This document shows positions 7,550 to 16,646 of a stretch of 64,000 bases of DNA, piece by piece. Both the position numbers and the translations under genes were made by a program. How positions within the stretch are numbered: the first letter of the stretch is position 1; each line of letters opens with the position of its first letter. Source of the DNA: Minisyncoccia bacterium (lineage in GTDB: Bacteria; Patescibacteriota; Minisyncoccia; UBA6257; JAAZHW01); the NCBI GenBank assembly GCA_049720475.1, contig JBNASH010000035.1:84015-148014 (forward strand), given 5' to 3'. The notes beneath the pieces are model-generated. The model did not search any database, was not told the origin of the DNA, and was given only the letters and a program-made list of their open reading frames with translations.

Positions 7550-7577
7550 TTGGAAACCGCATAAAATGTGTTATAAT
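7550..7577 (+). promoter_or_regulatory. candidate promoter for hup (TTGGAA-16-TGtTATAAT, extended -10), with a perfect DnaA-box 9-mer TTATCCACA just upstream (7534-7542)
   Basis: Hexamers read directly from the sequence. Confidence 0.4.
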
Positions 7578-7625
7578 TCAATTAAATGGGGTTTCCACAA
7601 AAAGGTCGCTTAATTTTTAAAAACA

Positions 7626-7901
7626 ATGACAAAAGAAGGATTAGTCGAGGCTATTTTAAGTAAATTTGAATTAGCCAGCAAAAAACAAGCTCGCGAAATT
7701 GTAGAAACTATTTTTGAAACCATCAAACAAACAATGGCTCGTGGCGAAGAGGTAGCAATTAGCGGATTTGGTACTTTTCGCGTGGCTCGCCGAGCAGCTC
7801 GCGAAGGTATTAATCCCCGCACTGGCGAGAAAATCCAAATTCCTGCTTCTATCAAACCTAAATTCCGCGCCAGTAAAGCTTTGAAAGAAGCTATAAAATA
7901 A
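7626..7901 (+). CDS. hup: DNA-binding protein HU
   Basis: 91 aa, with a conserved HU/IHF arm (GFGTFRVARRAAREGINPRTGEKIQIPA). Confidence 0.9.
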   Translation: MTKEGLVEAILSKFELASKKQAREIVETIFETIKQTMARGEEVAISGFGTFRVARRAAREGINPRTGEKIQIPASIKPKFRASKALKEAIK

Positions 7902-7926
7902 TTGTTTATTATTGCCCCAATAAACC

Positions 7927-7957
7927 AAAAACCCCTCATTTGAGGGGTTTTTGGTTT
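7927..7957. terminator. bidirectional terminator (CCCCTCA-tt-TGAGGGG + T-run)
   Basis: Perfect 7-bp GC stem between convergent hup and sigma-factor genes. Confidence 0.6.
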
Positions 7958-7975
7958 AAATTTTACCGTTCATTA

Positions 7976-8539
7976 TCATTTTTGCTGTTCATTATTATTC
8001 ATTAATTCCTTTAATTTCTTTAAGGCTCGATGTTGCAAAACTCGCAATGTTAGAGGACTTTTTTTCATAATTTTGGCGATTTCCCCATACGAAAGATCAT
8101 CAATAAAACGCAACATCAAAATATCTTTTTGTTCTTCGGGCAATTGATTGATAAGTTTTAATATCTTTTTAAATTCTTCTTTATAATATAAATTTTCATC
8201 TAAATCTAGCGAATCTACGATTTCCACCCTAATTTCATCATTTAAACTCAAAGTCTCCTTTTGTTTTCTATAAAAATCAACCACTAAATTATGGGCGATT
8301 CTATAAACCCAGCTGCTAAATGGATTTTTACGGAATTGAAAATTTTTTAATGATTCCCACGTCCTTATAAAAACTTGCTGAGTTAAATCTTCGGCTTCTT
8401 CTTTATTGCCAACTTTTAAATAGATATAACGAAAAATTCGTTCGGCGAATAATTCATAAATTTCTCCGAAAGCTTCTTTATCTCCTTTTTTGCTTTTTTT
8501 TATCAATTCTTTAATGTCTTTTTCGGAAACTTCAGGCAT
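7976..8539 (-). CDS. RNA polymerase sigma factor, ECF (sigma-70 regions 2 and 4); start trimmed to MPEVSEK (the track's extra 12 N-terminal residues look spurious)
   Basis: Region 2 (FGEIYELFAERIFRYIYLKVGNKEEAEDLTQQVFIRTWE) and a region 4 HTH (LSYGEIAKIMKKSPLTLRVLQHRALKKL). Confidence 0.8.
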   Translation of the reverse strand: MPEVSEKDIKELIKKSKKGDKEAFGEIYELFAERIFRYIYLKVGNKEEAEDLTQQVFIRTWESLKNFQFRKNPFSSWVYRIAHNLVVDFYRKQKETLSLNDEIRVEIVDSLDLDENLYYKEEFKKILKLINQLPEEQKDILMLRFIDDLSYGEIAKIMKKSPLTLRVLQHRALKKLKELMNNNEQQK

Positions 8540-8604
8540 AACTTTATTATAATAAATAATTATTGCGAAAATCAAAATTTTGTGATAGAATGAAAAATAA
8601 AAAT

Positions 8605-8739
8605 ATGTCGACCACTTATCAACCTAAAAAAAGAAAAAGAAAGAAAACGCATGGCTTTCTAGTGAGAATGCGAAAACCCGGCGGAAGAAGAGTTATAAAA
8701 AGAAGAAGACAGAAAGGTCGCTATCGCCTGACTGTTTAA
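8605..8739 (+). CDS. rpmH: 50S ribosomal protein L34 (44 aa; not in the ORF track because it is under 60 aa)
   Basis: Hand translation gives [44 protein letters not shown], the L34 signature. It sits immediately upstream of rnpA, the conserved rpmH-rnpA arrangement. Confidence 0.9.
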   Translation: MSTTYQPKKRKRKKTHGFLVRMRKPGGRRVIKRRRQKGRYRLTV

Positions 8740-8744
8740 ATTTA

Positions 8745-9080
8745 ATGAAAAAACGGGAAATAATAAGAAGAACTAAAGATTTTGAATTGATTTTTAATAA
8801 TGGACAGAGAGAAAAAAACAAAGATCTTACAATAATTTATTTCCGCCATCCCCAAAATAAAATTAATCGCTTTGCCTTCTTAATTAGCAAAAAAGTTTCA
8901 AAAAAAGCCCATGAGCGCAATTTATTAAAAAGGCGCCTGAAAGCTATTTGTGACGAGCTTAATTTTAAAGAAAAGGGTTATGATTTAGTGTTTATTCCTC
9001 GGCCGTCTTTATTAAAAAAGAAATTCTCCGAATTAAAAGAGATAACCGAAAAATTATTGCGCCAGGCCAGTTTAATTTAA
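8745..9080 (+). CDS. rnpA: RNase P protein component
   Basis: Basic 111-aa protein with conserved position and an RnpA-like core (FAFLISKKVSKKAHERNLLKRRLK). Confidence 0.85.
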   Translation: MKKREIIRRTKDFELIFNNGQREKNKDLTIIYFRHPQNKINRFAFLISKKVSKKAHERNLLKRRLKAICDELNFKEKGYDLVFIPRPSLLKKKFSELKEITEKLLRQASLI

Positions 9081-9083
9081 TTT

Positions 9084-9305
9084 ATGAAGTATTTTTTCTT
9101 GGGTTTAATAAAAATTTATCGAATTCTATTATCGCCTCAAACAGGCGTATTGAAAAATTTCTATTTTTTACCAGTTCATTGCCGTTTTGAGCACGAAGAA
9201 TCTTGCTCTCTCTTTACTTATAACGCCATCAACAAGTACGGCTTAATTAAAGGTCTAAAAATGGGACTAATCAGGTTTTGTCGATGTAGTGGGTTTATTA
9301 AATAA
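9084..9305 (+). CDS. yidD: membrane protein insertion efficiency factor YidD
   Basis: 73 aa, with Cys-containing motifs (CRFEHEESC ... FCRCSG) and a position between rnpA and yidC. Confidence 0.8.
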   Translation: MKYFFLGLIKIYRILLSPQTGVLKNFYFLPVHCRFEHEESCSLFTYNAINKYGLIKGLKMGLIRFCRCSGFIK

Positions 9306-9307
9306 AT

Positions 9308-10066
9308 ATGGGCAATTTTTTTCATATTGTTTTTATTCAACCAATATTCAATCTTTTAATCGCCATTTATAATTTTTTGCCAATCCACGATATTGGAATA
9401 GCTGCTATTGTTTTGACTATTATTATCAGAATAATCTTAGCTCCAATTTTTTACAAAAGTAGTAAGCAGCAATTATTAATGAACAAACTTCAACCCGAAT
9501 TGCAAAAGATTCAAAAGGAATACAAAGACGATAAAGAAAAATTGGCTAAAGCCCAAATGGAACTTTTTAAAAAACATAGGGTCAATCCTTTTGGTAATTG
9601 TTTTTTAATTTTACTTCAACTTCCTATTATGATTGCTGTTTATCGGGTTTTTTTAATGGGTTTTGCTAGCGAAACGCTAATGAATAATCTTTATTCATTT
9701 ATAAAAATGCCAGAAAACTTCAACCCTCTCTTTTTGGGAATTGTTAATTTAAACAAAGCCAATATTTTCATTACCATTATCAGCGCTGTGTTGCAATTTA
9801 TTTCCACTAAAATGGTCATGCCCCAGACTCGCCCATCAAAACAAACCGATATTTTAGAGAGCCCAGCCCAAAAAATGACTGAAGTTCTCCAAAAACAAAT
9901 GCTTTTTATTGGCCCAATTACCACTTTTATTATTTTAGTTAGCTTGCCATCGATTTTAGGAATTTATTGGTCTACAACAACAGTTATTAGCATCATTCAG
10001 CAAAAAATTCTTAAAAAGAAATTATCGGTCGAAAAAAACATTTCAAACAATGGAGCAAATAATTAA
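9308..10066 (+). CDS. yidC: membrane protein insertase YidC/Oxa1 (short form)
   Basis: Five hydrophobic segments and conserved operon position. Confidence 0.85.
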   Translation: MGNFFHIVFIQPIFNLLIAIYNFLPIHDIGIAAIVLTIIIRIILAPIFYKSSKQQLLMNKLQPELQKIQKEYKDDKEKLAKAQMELFKKHRVNPFGNCFLILLQLPIMIAVYRVFLMGFASETLMNNLYSFIKMPENFNPLFLGIVNLNKANIFITIISAVLQFISTKMVMPQTRPSKQTDILESPAQKMTEVLQKQMLFIGPITTFIILVSLPSILGIYWSTTTVISIIQQKILKKKLSVEKNISNNGANN

Positions 10067-10484
10067 AACTTTATTATCATTTTTTAATATTGATGATGCT
10101 GAAATTGAAATCAATGACATTGATGAAAATTTATTAAATATTAATATCAAAACAGAAAATGGGAAAACCCTGATTGGCCCCCATGGCAATACTTTAAAAG
10201 ATTTGGAATTAATACTGAGATTATTGGCCTCAAAAAATAATATAAATAAGAAAGTAATTCTTGATATCAATGGCTATCGAAAATTCCGCGAAGAACAATT
10301 GAAAAAATTAGCCAAAGAAACCGCTCATAAAGTAATGATTACCAAAAATCCAATTAAATTACCACCAATGAATGCTTATGAAAGAAGAATAATCCATATG
10401 GAATTAGCCATTAATCCTAATGTTACCACTGAAAGTGTTGGAGAAGAGCCCGAACGATGTTTAATAGTAAAACCTTACCCATAA
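10050..10484 (+). CDS. jag: Jag/KhpB-like RNA-binding protein (KH + R3H)
   Basis: C-terminal R3H motif (PMNAYERRIIHMELA), in the position after yidC. Confidence 0.8.
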   Translation: MEQIIKTLLSFFNIDDAEIEINDIDENLLNINIKTENGKTLIGPHGNTLKDLELILRLLASKNNINKKVILDINGYRKFREEQLKKLAKETAHKVMITKNPIKLPPMNAYERRIIHMELAINPNVTTESVGEEPERCLIVKPYP

Positions 10485-10496
10485 TCTCCTAAAATT

Positions 10497-10530
10497 AAAT
10501 ACCCGCTTCTTGCGGGTATTTAATTTTAAA
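10497..10530. terminator. bidirectional intrinsic terminator (ACCCGC-ttctt-GCGGGT + T-run)
   Basis: Seen directly in the sequence. Confidence 0.6.
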
Positions 10531-10567
10531 AGTTTTTCTTAAAATACCTGGTTAATTTGTGTCTTCT

Positions 10568-11869
10568 TTAAGGCGTAACTTTTGGAATGGCTGTCGGTGT
10601 AATCGATGGTGTTGGTGAATTCGTTTGTTCAGAAATTGGTGGATTTAAACTATAAAGCGTTTTTGTTTTTTCATCGTAGAAGAAAAGGGTTTTATCATCT
10701 TTGCTTATTTTTATATCAGTGATTTGGAAAGTATTGTTATTTAATAATTGCGCCTCCATTGTTTCCAAATTAATCTGATAAAGCATTTCGTCAATTGACA
10801 CTACTCCCATATAATAAGCATCGGGCCAAACACCAGAAAAAACCGGATTAACAAAAATACTGCAGTAAAGAATGGGTGAAGAATGGGCAAAAACACATTT
10901 CTCCGGCAGAGTAATATTAGGAAAATCTGCCAAAACATAACCATCTTTATTAATTAATTGTAATTTTGGACTCACTCCATTAGCACTGGTAGTGAAGAGT
11001 AAACCGTATTGTCCCTTATCATCCCACTTTAAAATTAAACCGTAACCACTCACAAAAGGACTAAATATTTTATTTTTTAAATCAAATTTCAAAACAGTTG
11101 TCTCGCTTAAGCCACTGGGTTTTTGCGTAATATAAGCGGTCGTGGTGGTTGGCCAGAGTAAATTAATATCACTTGCCGCTTTAAAATCCATTAAAATTTT
11201 CCGATTGGCTAAATTTTTATCTAACTGGGCTAAATAGTTTGTTTCCTTAAAATTCTCTTGGTAATAAAGTGGGCTATCAGAATAATAGTAAAGTAAGTTT
11301 TCGCCATCAGGGGACCAAGCAGCAGTTTTAATATAAAGGTCCAAATTTTTAACTTCGCGCGTTTGAATATCTAAAATGCTAAAAGATGGTTTAGTTGCAC
11401 CTTCTGCCACATATTTAATTAAAATTTTATCTTTTGCTGATGGTTGAACAGATAAAACGTTGTTAAAATTAACGCCCAAATCTCTTTTTTCTTCTTTAAT
11501 CTGATTCTGGGAAAAATCAATTTCAAATAATCCTTCTTTGGTTAGATATTGCAACGTTGAAGTCCCACTCTGCCAAAAAGCCAAAATTTCTTTATTAATT
11601 AAGTTCCGCAAAATTGGCTGCTGTTTAATATTGGTAGCGGAAGTACCAGAAGTTTGCTCTGGCAAAAATGGGGTGGCAGTAATTGTAGGCAAGCCAACGC
11701 CTCCGCCTTCTTGCTGTATTTCCTCTCCAATTTGACTCGCTGGTTTTAAATAAAACCAGTAAAAAACAAAGGCAATAATACCTAAGATAAGAAGAATTAA
11801 AATTGTAGTTAAAATCATTTTTTTCATATGTTTATTCTGGTAATTTAATCGCCTACTGACTTCTGACAA
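10568..11869 (-). CDS. secreted/anchored beta-propeller (TolB/WD40-like repeat) protein with Pro/Thr-rich C-terminus
   Basis: N-terminal TM/signal. Repeated short beta-strand units (e.g. AAWSPDGENLLYYYSD). C-terminal TNSPTPSITPTAIPKVTP. Confidence 0.5.
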   Translation of the reverse strand: MSEVSRRLNYQNKHMKKMILTTILILLILGIIAFVFYWFYLKPASQIGEEIQQEGGGVGLPTITATPFLPEQTSGTSATNIKQQPILRNLINKEILAFWQSGTSTLQYLTKEGLFEIDFSQNQIKEEKRDLGVNFNNVLSVQPSAKDKILIKYVAEGATKPSFSILDIQTREVKNLDLYIKTAAWSPDGENLLYYYSDSPLYYQENFKETNYLAQLDKNLANRKILMDFKAASDINLLWPTTTTAYITQKPSGLSETTVLKFDLKNKIFSPFVSGYGLILKWDDKGQYGLLFTTSANGVSPKLQLINKDGYVLADFPNITLPEKCVFAHSSPILYCSIFVNPVFSGVWPDAYYMGVVSIDEMLYQINLETMEAQLLNNNTFQITDIKISKDDKTLFFYDEKTKTLYSLNPPISEQTNSPTPSITPTAIPKVTP

Positions 11870-12483
11870 ACTGAATATAATTTATTACATACTTCTATAC
11901 ATTTAGATGATAGATCCGAACTAACTTTGCTACAAGCGTCCCTAATACAACTTTCTCTCAGCTTGGACAGGTTTTCTTGAATTTTTTTATCTTCTTCTTC
12001 CTTTAATTGTTTATCGCTTAATTTTGGTTGAATTCCTGGTAAATTTAATTTTACTAAATCAGGGTTAATGGTTCTTAAAATCAAAACCGATCCGAGCAGT
12101 AAAACCAAACCAATAATCGCATCTTTAATTTGCTCACGCGCTTCTTTTTGTTTTGAAGTATTATCAGCGCTTGTTGCATATTGGATACCCGCAATAGTAA
12201 TTTGAATGATGACCGCAATTACGCCCGCATAAACTGCTAACTTATACAATCCAGAAAGATAGTCAGCCGGAGTTGAAGGACAACTGGGCAAAAATGGTTC
12301 TAGAGAAATTTCCATACAGCGCGAACCACCAAACCAATCTTCCGAAGTAGAAGCACTTGTATTGGTAGAAGCTGCATTACTAACTGTCTGGGGAGCGACT
12401 TGAACAGCCTGTTGAGCTAAAGCCACATTACTTAAAACAATGAACAAGAAAGTAAATAAAATATAGGGGTTTATTTTTTTCAT
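11845..12483 (-). CDS. VirB2/TrbC-like pilin candidate (signal peptide + two hydrophobic helices)
   Basis: Signal peptide ending ALAQQA. Two TM helices (LYKLAVYAGVIAVIIQITIAGIQYA and AIIGLVLLLGSVLIL) separated by a short polar loop, the T4SS pilin topology. It is adjacent to the VirB4-like gene. Confidence 0.35.
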   Translation of the reverse strand: MKKINPYILFTFLFIVLSNVALAQQAVQVAPQTVSNAASTNTSASTSEDWFGGSRCMEISLEPFLPSCPSTPADYLSGLYKLAVYAGVIAVIIQITIAGIQYATSADNTSKQKEAREQIKDAIIGLVLLLGSVLILRTINPDLVKLNLPGIQPKLSDKQLKEEEDKKIQENLSKLRESCIRDACSKVSSDLSSKCIEVCNKLYSVCQKSVGD

Positions 12484-13202
12484 TTTAAATTAATATTTAT
12501 ACTCGCGCTTGCTCTTATAATAATATCTCTTAAATCTTCAATGGTTAATTGAATTGAATAGTTTTTCTCTCCTTGCTCGGCTTTAGGCAGTATCAATATT
12601 CGCTCGTTATCTAAATCTGACACTCTTTCATTATTAATCCGCCACATATAATGCAATTGATTTGGATCATCACCGCCAAAGAAAAATGGCACAGCCTCAA
12701 GTTGTAATAAATCCCCAGTTGTTGAATATTGACCTTGAAGTATTTCTTTCTCTCCTAAAACTCTAAAGAAAATGGCTGGTTGCGCTAAATTAATTGTTAT
12801 TGTTTTTTCAATCGGCTGACTTAAAACTGAAGTTAAAATTGAAACTTTTACAGTATAAGCGGTTTTATCAAAATCTTTTAGACGAAATCTAATTGATTTT
12901 AGACCCTGTCCTTCTCCTATTAAATTATCATTTACATACCATCGATATGTCCATTGATCAGAATTCAAATAACCTCCACTTTTTGAAGAATAGATGAATG
13001 GTTGAACTGATGTTTTAATAATCGCAAAGCGAGCTGGCAACGCCTTTCCTTGATATTCAACCGGAACCATTCCATCACTTTCCCAAGTTAAATAAATAAA
13101 GTTTTCGGGGGTTTTTGAAGATTGCGCAAAAGCAAAACTTCCCCCTATCATTAAGAGTGCCAACGCTAATAAAATTGAATTTTTTTGTTTATTGTTCTTC
13201 AT
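12480..13202 (-). CDS. secreted hypothetical protein (signal peptide)
   Basis: MKNNKQKNSILLALALLMIGGSFAFAQ signal. ATGA start/stop overlap with its neighbour. Confidence 0.5.
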   Translation of the reverse strand: MKNNKQKNSILLALALLMIGGSFAFAQSSKTPENFIYLTWESDGMVPVEYQGKALPARFAIIKTSVQPFIYSSKSGGYLNSDQWTYRWYVNDNLIGEGQGLKSIRFRLKDFDKTAYTVKVSILTSVLSQPIEKTITINLAQPAIFFRVLGEKEILQGQYSTTGDLLQLEAVPFFFGGDDPNQLHYMWRINNERVSDLDNERILILPKAEQGEKNYSIQLTIEDLRDIIIRASASININLK

Positions 13203-13683
13203 TTTTTTGCGAACTAAGATTATTCGCCGTCTCTAATGCCTTGCCCGCTGCCGCTAATTCAGGTTTTATTTTCCCAGCGGCTTGTAATCCTTTTGCCGCC
13301 ATCTTTAATTTTTCCGGATGTTTTTGTTGGAGATATAAAAAGACGATTGCGGCAGTTTTTGTAGGTAAAACTCCAACAAAAGGGATTAAATCAACGGCAC
13401 TAGCCAACAACATAAATTCTCCTCGCAACCCCTTCATAAACAACCATAAAGTCAACGAACCACCACACAAAATATTTACCGCCCAACTAATAATTGTCCC
13501 AAATCCTGTTAACTGGAGCGCATCAACCAAATCTGATAAAACAGCAGCTGGCAATGGCCACATAAAGAATTCAATTGCAGAAATTTTCGGACCTGGAGGC
13601 GATTCATCAATTTCCTCTTCAGCTGACATTGTCCCTTCTTCCTCTTCTTGATTTAATTGTAAATCTTCATCTTCATAGGCCAT
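13189..13683 (-). CDS. polytopic membrane protein with an acidic N-terminus (T4SS-cluster component)
   Basis: Acidic cytoplasmic N-terminus followed by 3-4 hydrophobic helices. Confidence 0.45.
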   Translation of the reverse strand: MAYEDEDLQLNQEEEEGTMSAEEEIDESPPGPKISAIEFFMWPLPAAVLSDLVDALQLTGFGTIISWAVNILCGGSLTLWLFMKGLRGEFMLLASAVDLIPFVGVLPTKTAAIVFLYLQQKHPEKLKMAAKGLQAAGKIKPELAAAGKALETANNLSSQKNEEQ

Positions 13684-13721
13684 ATATATTATAAATAAAT
13701 TTTATTAAAAGTTTAAGGTTA

Positions 13722-15521
13722 TTAGGAAAGGCTTTTATCAAACATTTCCTTGGCTTTTTGGATTTGAAGCATTTGAGCAGGATTGGTGGTAATAATTTGA
13801 TCCTCAGTATAAGAAGCAATTACTTTAATAGCCACGTGTTTTGCCCCAGCGAAAAATATCCCTTCTCCCACATTAGCGCTTAAAAGCAGCTGTTTTTCTG
13901 CTTCGGTTAAATTAAATGTTTCAGCCACTACATCAATGGAGGCGGGCGATTGTTTTAAGAGTAATTGCAAAGCGGAGTTTGTAATAATAGGTTTGCCTTG
14001 GGGAGATTTAATAAAATCCTCCACATCTTGGGTAATAGTTGTAACACCCATATGATACTTGCGACAACGTTTGACTAAGCCAAAAAGAAAATCTGCACCA
14101 GCTGGATATTTCATCATCCACCAAGCTTCATCAACAATTAAAATTCTTTTCTTCATTTGGGAACGGATTAAATTCCAAATAAAGTTTAAAACCATATACA
14201 TAGCAATTGGCCGTAGTTCATCTTCTAAATCGCGAAGGGCAAAAACAACTAAACGATTATCAATATTAACATTGGTTGGATTGTTAAGAAAACCAGCAAA
14301 GGTGCCCCGGGTAAACTTAAATAATCGATCTGCCAATTCAGTACCTCCTTCCATATTTTCTAACACAGCCTGCAGATCTTCCATTAACGGCGGGGTTAAT
14401 TTTGTAAAATCGCTTTCGGGTGTAATATCGCGTGAAGCATAAGTTTCAGCAATTGCTCTATCTAAAATCCCAATCTGCTCTGAAGTTAAATCTCCCAACA
14501 TAATTCTTAATAAGCCGGTAAGATTCAAAATGTTTGATTTTAAAACCTCTTCCGGCGTTTCATCTGGCCGCGGAGGCGGTAAATCAAAAGGATTAATGTG
14601 ATGCTCAGAAGTTAAGGAAATATTTATAAACGAGCCACCAACGGTCTCTGCTAAATGTTGATATTCTTTTTCTGGATCAATAATAATTACGTCTGTTCCC
14701 ATCATCAAAGAACGCAAAACTTCTAATTTGCAGAAATAGGATTTACCACTACCTGATTTCGCGAAAATCACCATATTGCCATTTTCCAAAGAAAATCTAT
14801 CAAAAATAATTAAGCTATTATTATGGCGATTAATACCATAAAAAATTCCTTTGTCCGAAGTTAAATCTAGCGAAATAAAAGGGAAAAAGGTGGAAACCGG
14901 TGAAGAATTTAAAGTAGAATGAACATTTAAATAATCTTTATTCAAAGGAAAACAAGACAACAAACCCTCTGACTGTTGGAAAAGCGCAGGTTTTATATAA
15001 ACCATTCTCCCCTCTAAGAAATTAATGATTTTTTGCTCAATGGCTTCTAATTCTTTAAGATTAGAGGCGTAAATAGTTATATAAACTCCTACCTCAAATA
15101 ATTTCTCACGTGCTTGTTGCAAAGCATCACGTAAATTTTCTAAATCTTGATAAGCAGTTTCTAAAATCGGGTCTCTAACCAATCCTTTTTCTTCTCTTTC
15201 CAAAAGTTGGGCTTCCACTTGAGCGACCTTCCTTCTTAATTGTTTCAAAGCCACTCCAGTATCAACGGGATGGATAAAAATGGAAACATCAACTGTTTGG
15301 TCAATGTTTAAAACTGGCGAAAACCAACCAGAAGTAAGATATCGAGGATAAGAAATAATATAGTGGGTTTTAGTATATAAATCGCCCAATCGGACGTAGG
15401 TTGATTCAATTTCTAAAGCCGGCGGTGTTAAAATTTCTCTAATAGTTTGCAACCCCGTCCGGGACGGTTTGGGAATTTTTATTTCTTCATCTTTTTTTTG
15501 TGAAAATGGTAAAATTGGCAT
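13722..15521 (-). CDS. VirB4/TrbE/CagE-family T4SS ATPase, C-terminal 599-aa portion (conserved domain + Walker A/B)
   Basis: Walker A FAKSGSGKS and a Walker B ILIVDEAWWM (the DEAW motif typical of VirB4). An N-terminal YTKTHYIISYP...W region like the CagE_TrbE_VirB domain. Confidence 0.8.
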   Translation of the reverse strand: MPILPFSQKKDEEIKIPKPSRTGLQTIREILTPPALEIESTYVRLGDLYTKTHYIISYPRYLTSGWFSPVLNIDQTVDVSIFIHPVDTGVALKQLRRKVAQVEAQLLEREEKGLVRDPILETAYQDLENLRDALQQAREKLFEVGVYITIYASNLKELEAIEQKIINFLEGRMVYIKPALFQQSEGLLSCFPLNKDYLNVHSTLNSSPVSTFFPFISLDLTSDKGIFYGINRHNNSLIIFDRFSLENGNMVIFAKSGSGKSYFCKLEVLRSLMMGTDVIIIDPEKEYQHLAETVGGSFINISLTSEHHINPFDLPPPRPDETPEEVLKSNILNLTGLLRIMLGDLTSEQIGILDRAIAETYASRDITPESDFTKLTPPLMEDLQAVLENMEGGTELADRLFKFTRGTFAGFLNNPTNVNIDNRLVVFALRDLEDELRPIAMYMVLNFIWNLIRSQMKKRILIVDEAWWMMKYPAGADFLFGLVKRCRKYHMGVTTITQDVEDFIKSPQGKPIITNSALQLLLKQSPASIDVVAETFNLTEAEKQLLLSANVGEGIFFAGAKHVAIKVIASYTEDQIITTNPAQMLQIQKAKEMFDKSLS

Positions 15522-15524
15522 ATT

Positions 15525-16232
15525 TTATTCTATGGTTGGTTCTTCTAATTGTTCTAGCTCGGCTGTAATAGCCAATCCGACCCTTTCTTGTTTTTCAGGA
15601 TTATAAAAATTGTAATACAACTCAATTAATTCCGGGGTTTTAAGACGAATGGCATTCAACCCCATTGCTTTCAAAGCTGAAATAACAGCAGCCACCCGGT
15701 GGTATAGTTGCATTTTGTTATTAACAAATTGCGTCTCTTTATCAACTTCTTGTTGGGGAACGCTGCTCTTTTGTTTACCAAAAGGCAATGGCAACTTTTG
15801 AAAAATTTGTGTTAATGGATTAGCACTACTTGTTGCAGAAATAAGAGAAGGAGAATAAGGTACAACAACATAAAATCTCTTTGTCATAATATTAGTGCTT
15901 TTGACAAGCTCATCTATAAAATTGTAATATTCCTGAATCTGCAATTTTAGAAGCTCATTTTTTTCATTCTTTTCCAACTCTTTAATTTTGTTTAAATAAT
16001 TATCCAGATTAATTTTTCTAGAATGGACAAGGATTTGCAATGGAAAATCTAAAGAATTTAAAAGGCTTTGGTAGGCATTCAAAACTATCTCCTGCTCGGT
16101 TTCTGATAACAAATCAAAGTTAACACCCGACACCATCAAAACGGCTCTTAACGAACCATCTTTTAAAATAACGCAATCTTCTTTGATGGTTTCAATATCT
16201 ATAAATTTTTCAGTGGAGGCAGTACTAATCAT
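15525..16232 (-). CDS. probable N-terminal segment of the same VirB4-like ATPase, in the same frame and separated by one TAA stop + AAT from the downstream ATG
   Basis: Frame arithmetic: both ORF ends are congruent mod 3, with a 3-nt gap. The VILKDGSLRAVLMVSGVNFDLLSETEQEIVLNAYQSLLNSLDFPLQI pattern resembles VirB4/TraE N-termini. Combined length ~835 codons matches a full VirB4. Confidence 0.5.
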   Translation of the reverse strand: MISTASTEKFIDIETIKEDCVILKDGSLRAVLMVSGVNFDLLSETEQEIVLNAYQSLLNSLDFPLQILVHSRKINLDNYLNKIKELEKNEKNELLKLQIQEYYNFIDELVKSTNIMTKRFYVVVPYSPSLISATSSANPLTQIFQKLPLPFGKQKSSVPQQEVDKETQFVNNKMQLYHRVAAVISALKAMGLNAIRLKTPELIELYYNFYNPEKQERVGLAITAELEQLEEPTIE

Positions 16233-16636
16233 AATTGTTTATCTTTTTCTTCTAATTCTTTAGCAATTTTTTCCAATTCTTCGACCGTTAATCTTTTTTT
16301 CTCTTCTTGTTGAGAAACAACTTTTTTCGTTTCTTTTAATAAAGGTTTTGTTGCTTGGGGTTTTTTCCAAGTATATAAGCGCGGATTAATATAAAATTTT
16401 AAGGCATTAATCAAAACTTTGGAAAGGGGTTGTTCATTAACTTTCACAAACGCTAAAGCAATCGAAAATAAAGCAATGACAATACTAACTAAAATCCACA
16501 AACCCTGAGTGAGCACAGAATTCAAAATAAAAATCAAAACCCCGCCCCCTCCCAAAAATAAAAATTGACGAAGGGTTAATGGCCCAACAATTTTACTTTC
16601 TAAATTAATAAATTGTGGTACTTGAGTAGTAGGCAT
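16229..16636 (-). CDS. small two-TM membrane protein (VirB3/PrgI-like candidate)
   Basis: 135 aa. Two adjacent hydrophobic helices near the N-terminus. Immediately upstream of and overlapping (ATGA) the VirB4 N-terminal segment, the usual VirB3 position. Confidence 0.4.
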   Translation of the reverse strand: MPTTQVPQFINLESKIVGPLTLRQFLFLGGGGVLIFILNSVLTQGLWILVSIVIALFSIALAFVKVNEQPLSKVLINALKFYINPRLYTWKKPQATKPLLKETKKVVSQQEEKKRLTVEELEKIAKELEEKDKQL

Positions 16637-16646
16637 ATTTTAATTC

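Noticed and set aside
6561-7939. Antisense ORFs inside rny and hup (6561..6866, 7610..7939, 7671..7928)
   Set aside because: Embedded in or overlapping strongly supported genes on the other strand.
13115-13651. 178-aa plus-strand ORF and other internal antisense ORFs across the T4SS-like cluster (14059..14442, 18348..19487)
   Set aside because: All lie inside longer minus-strand genes with clear TM or ATPase features.
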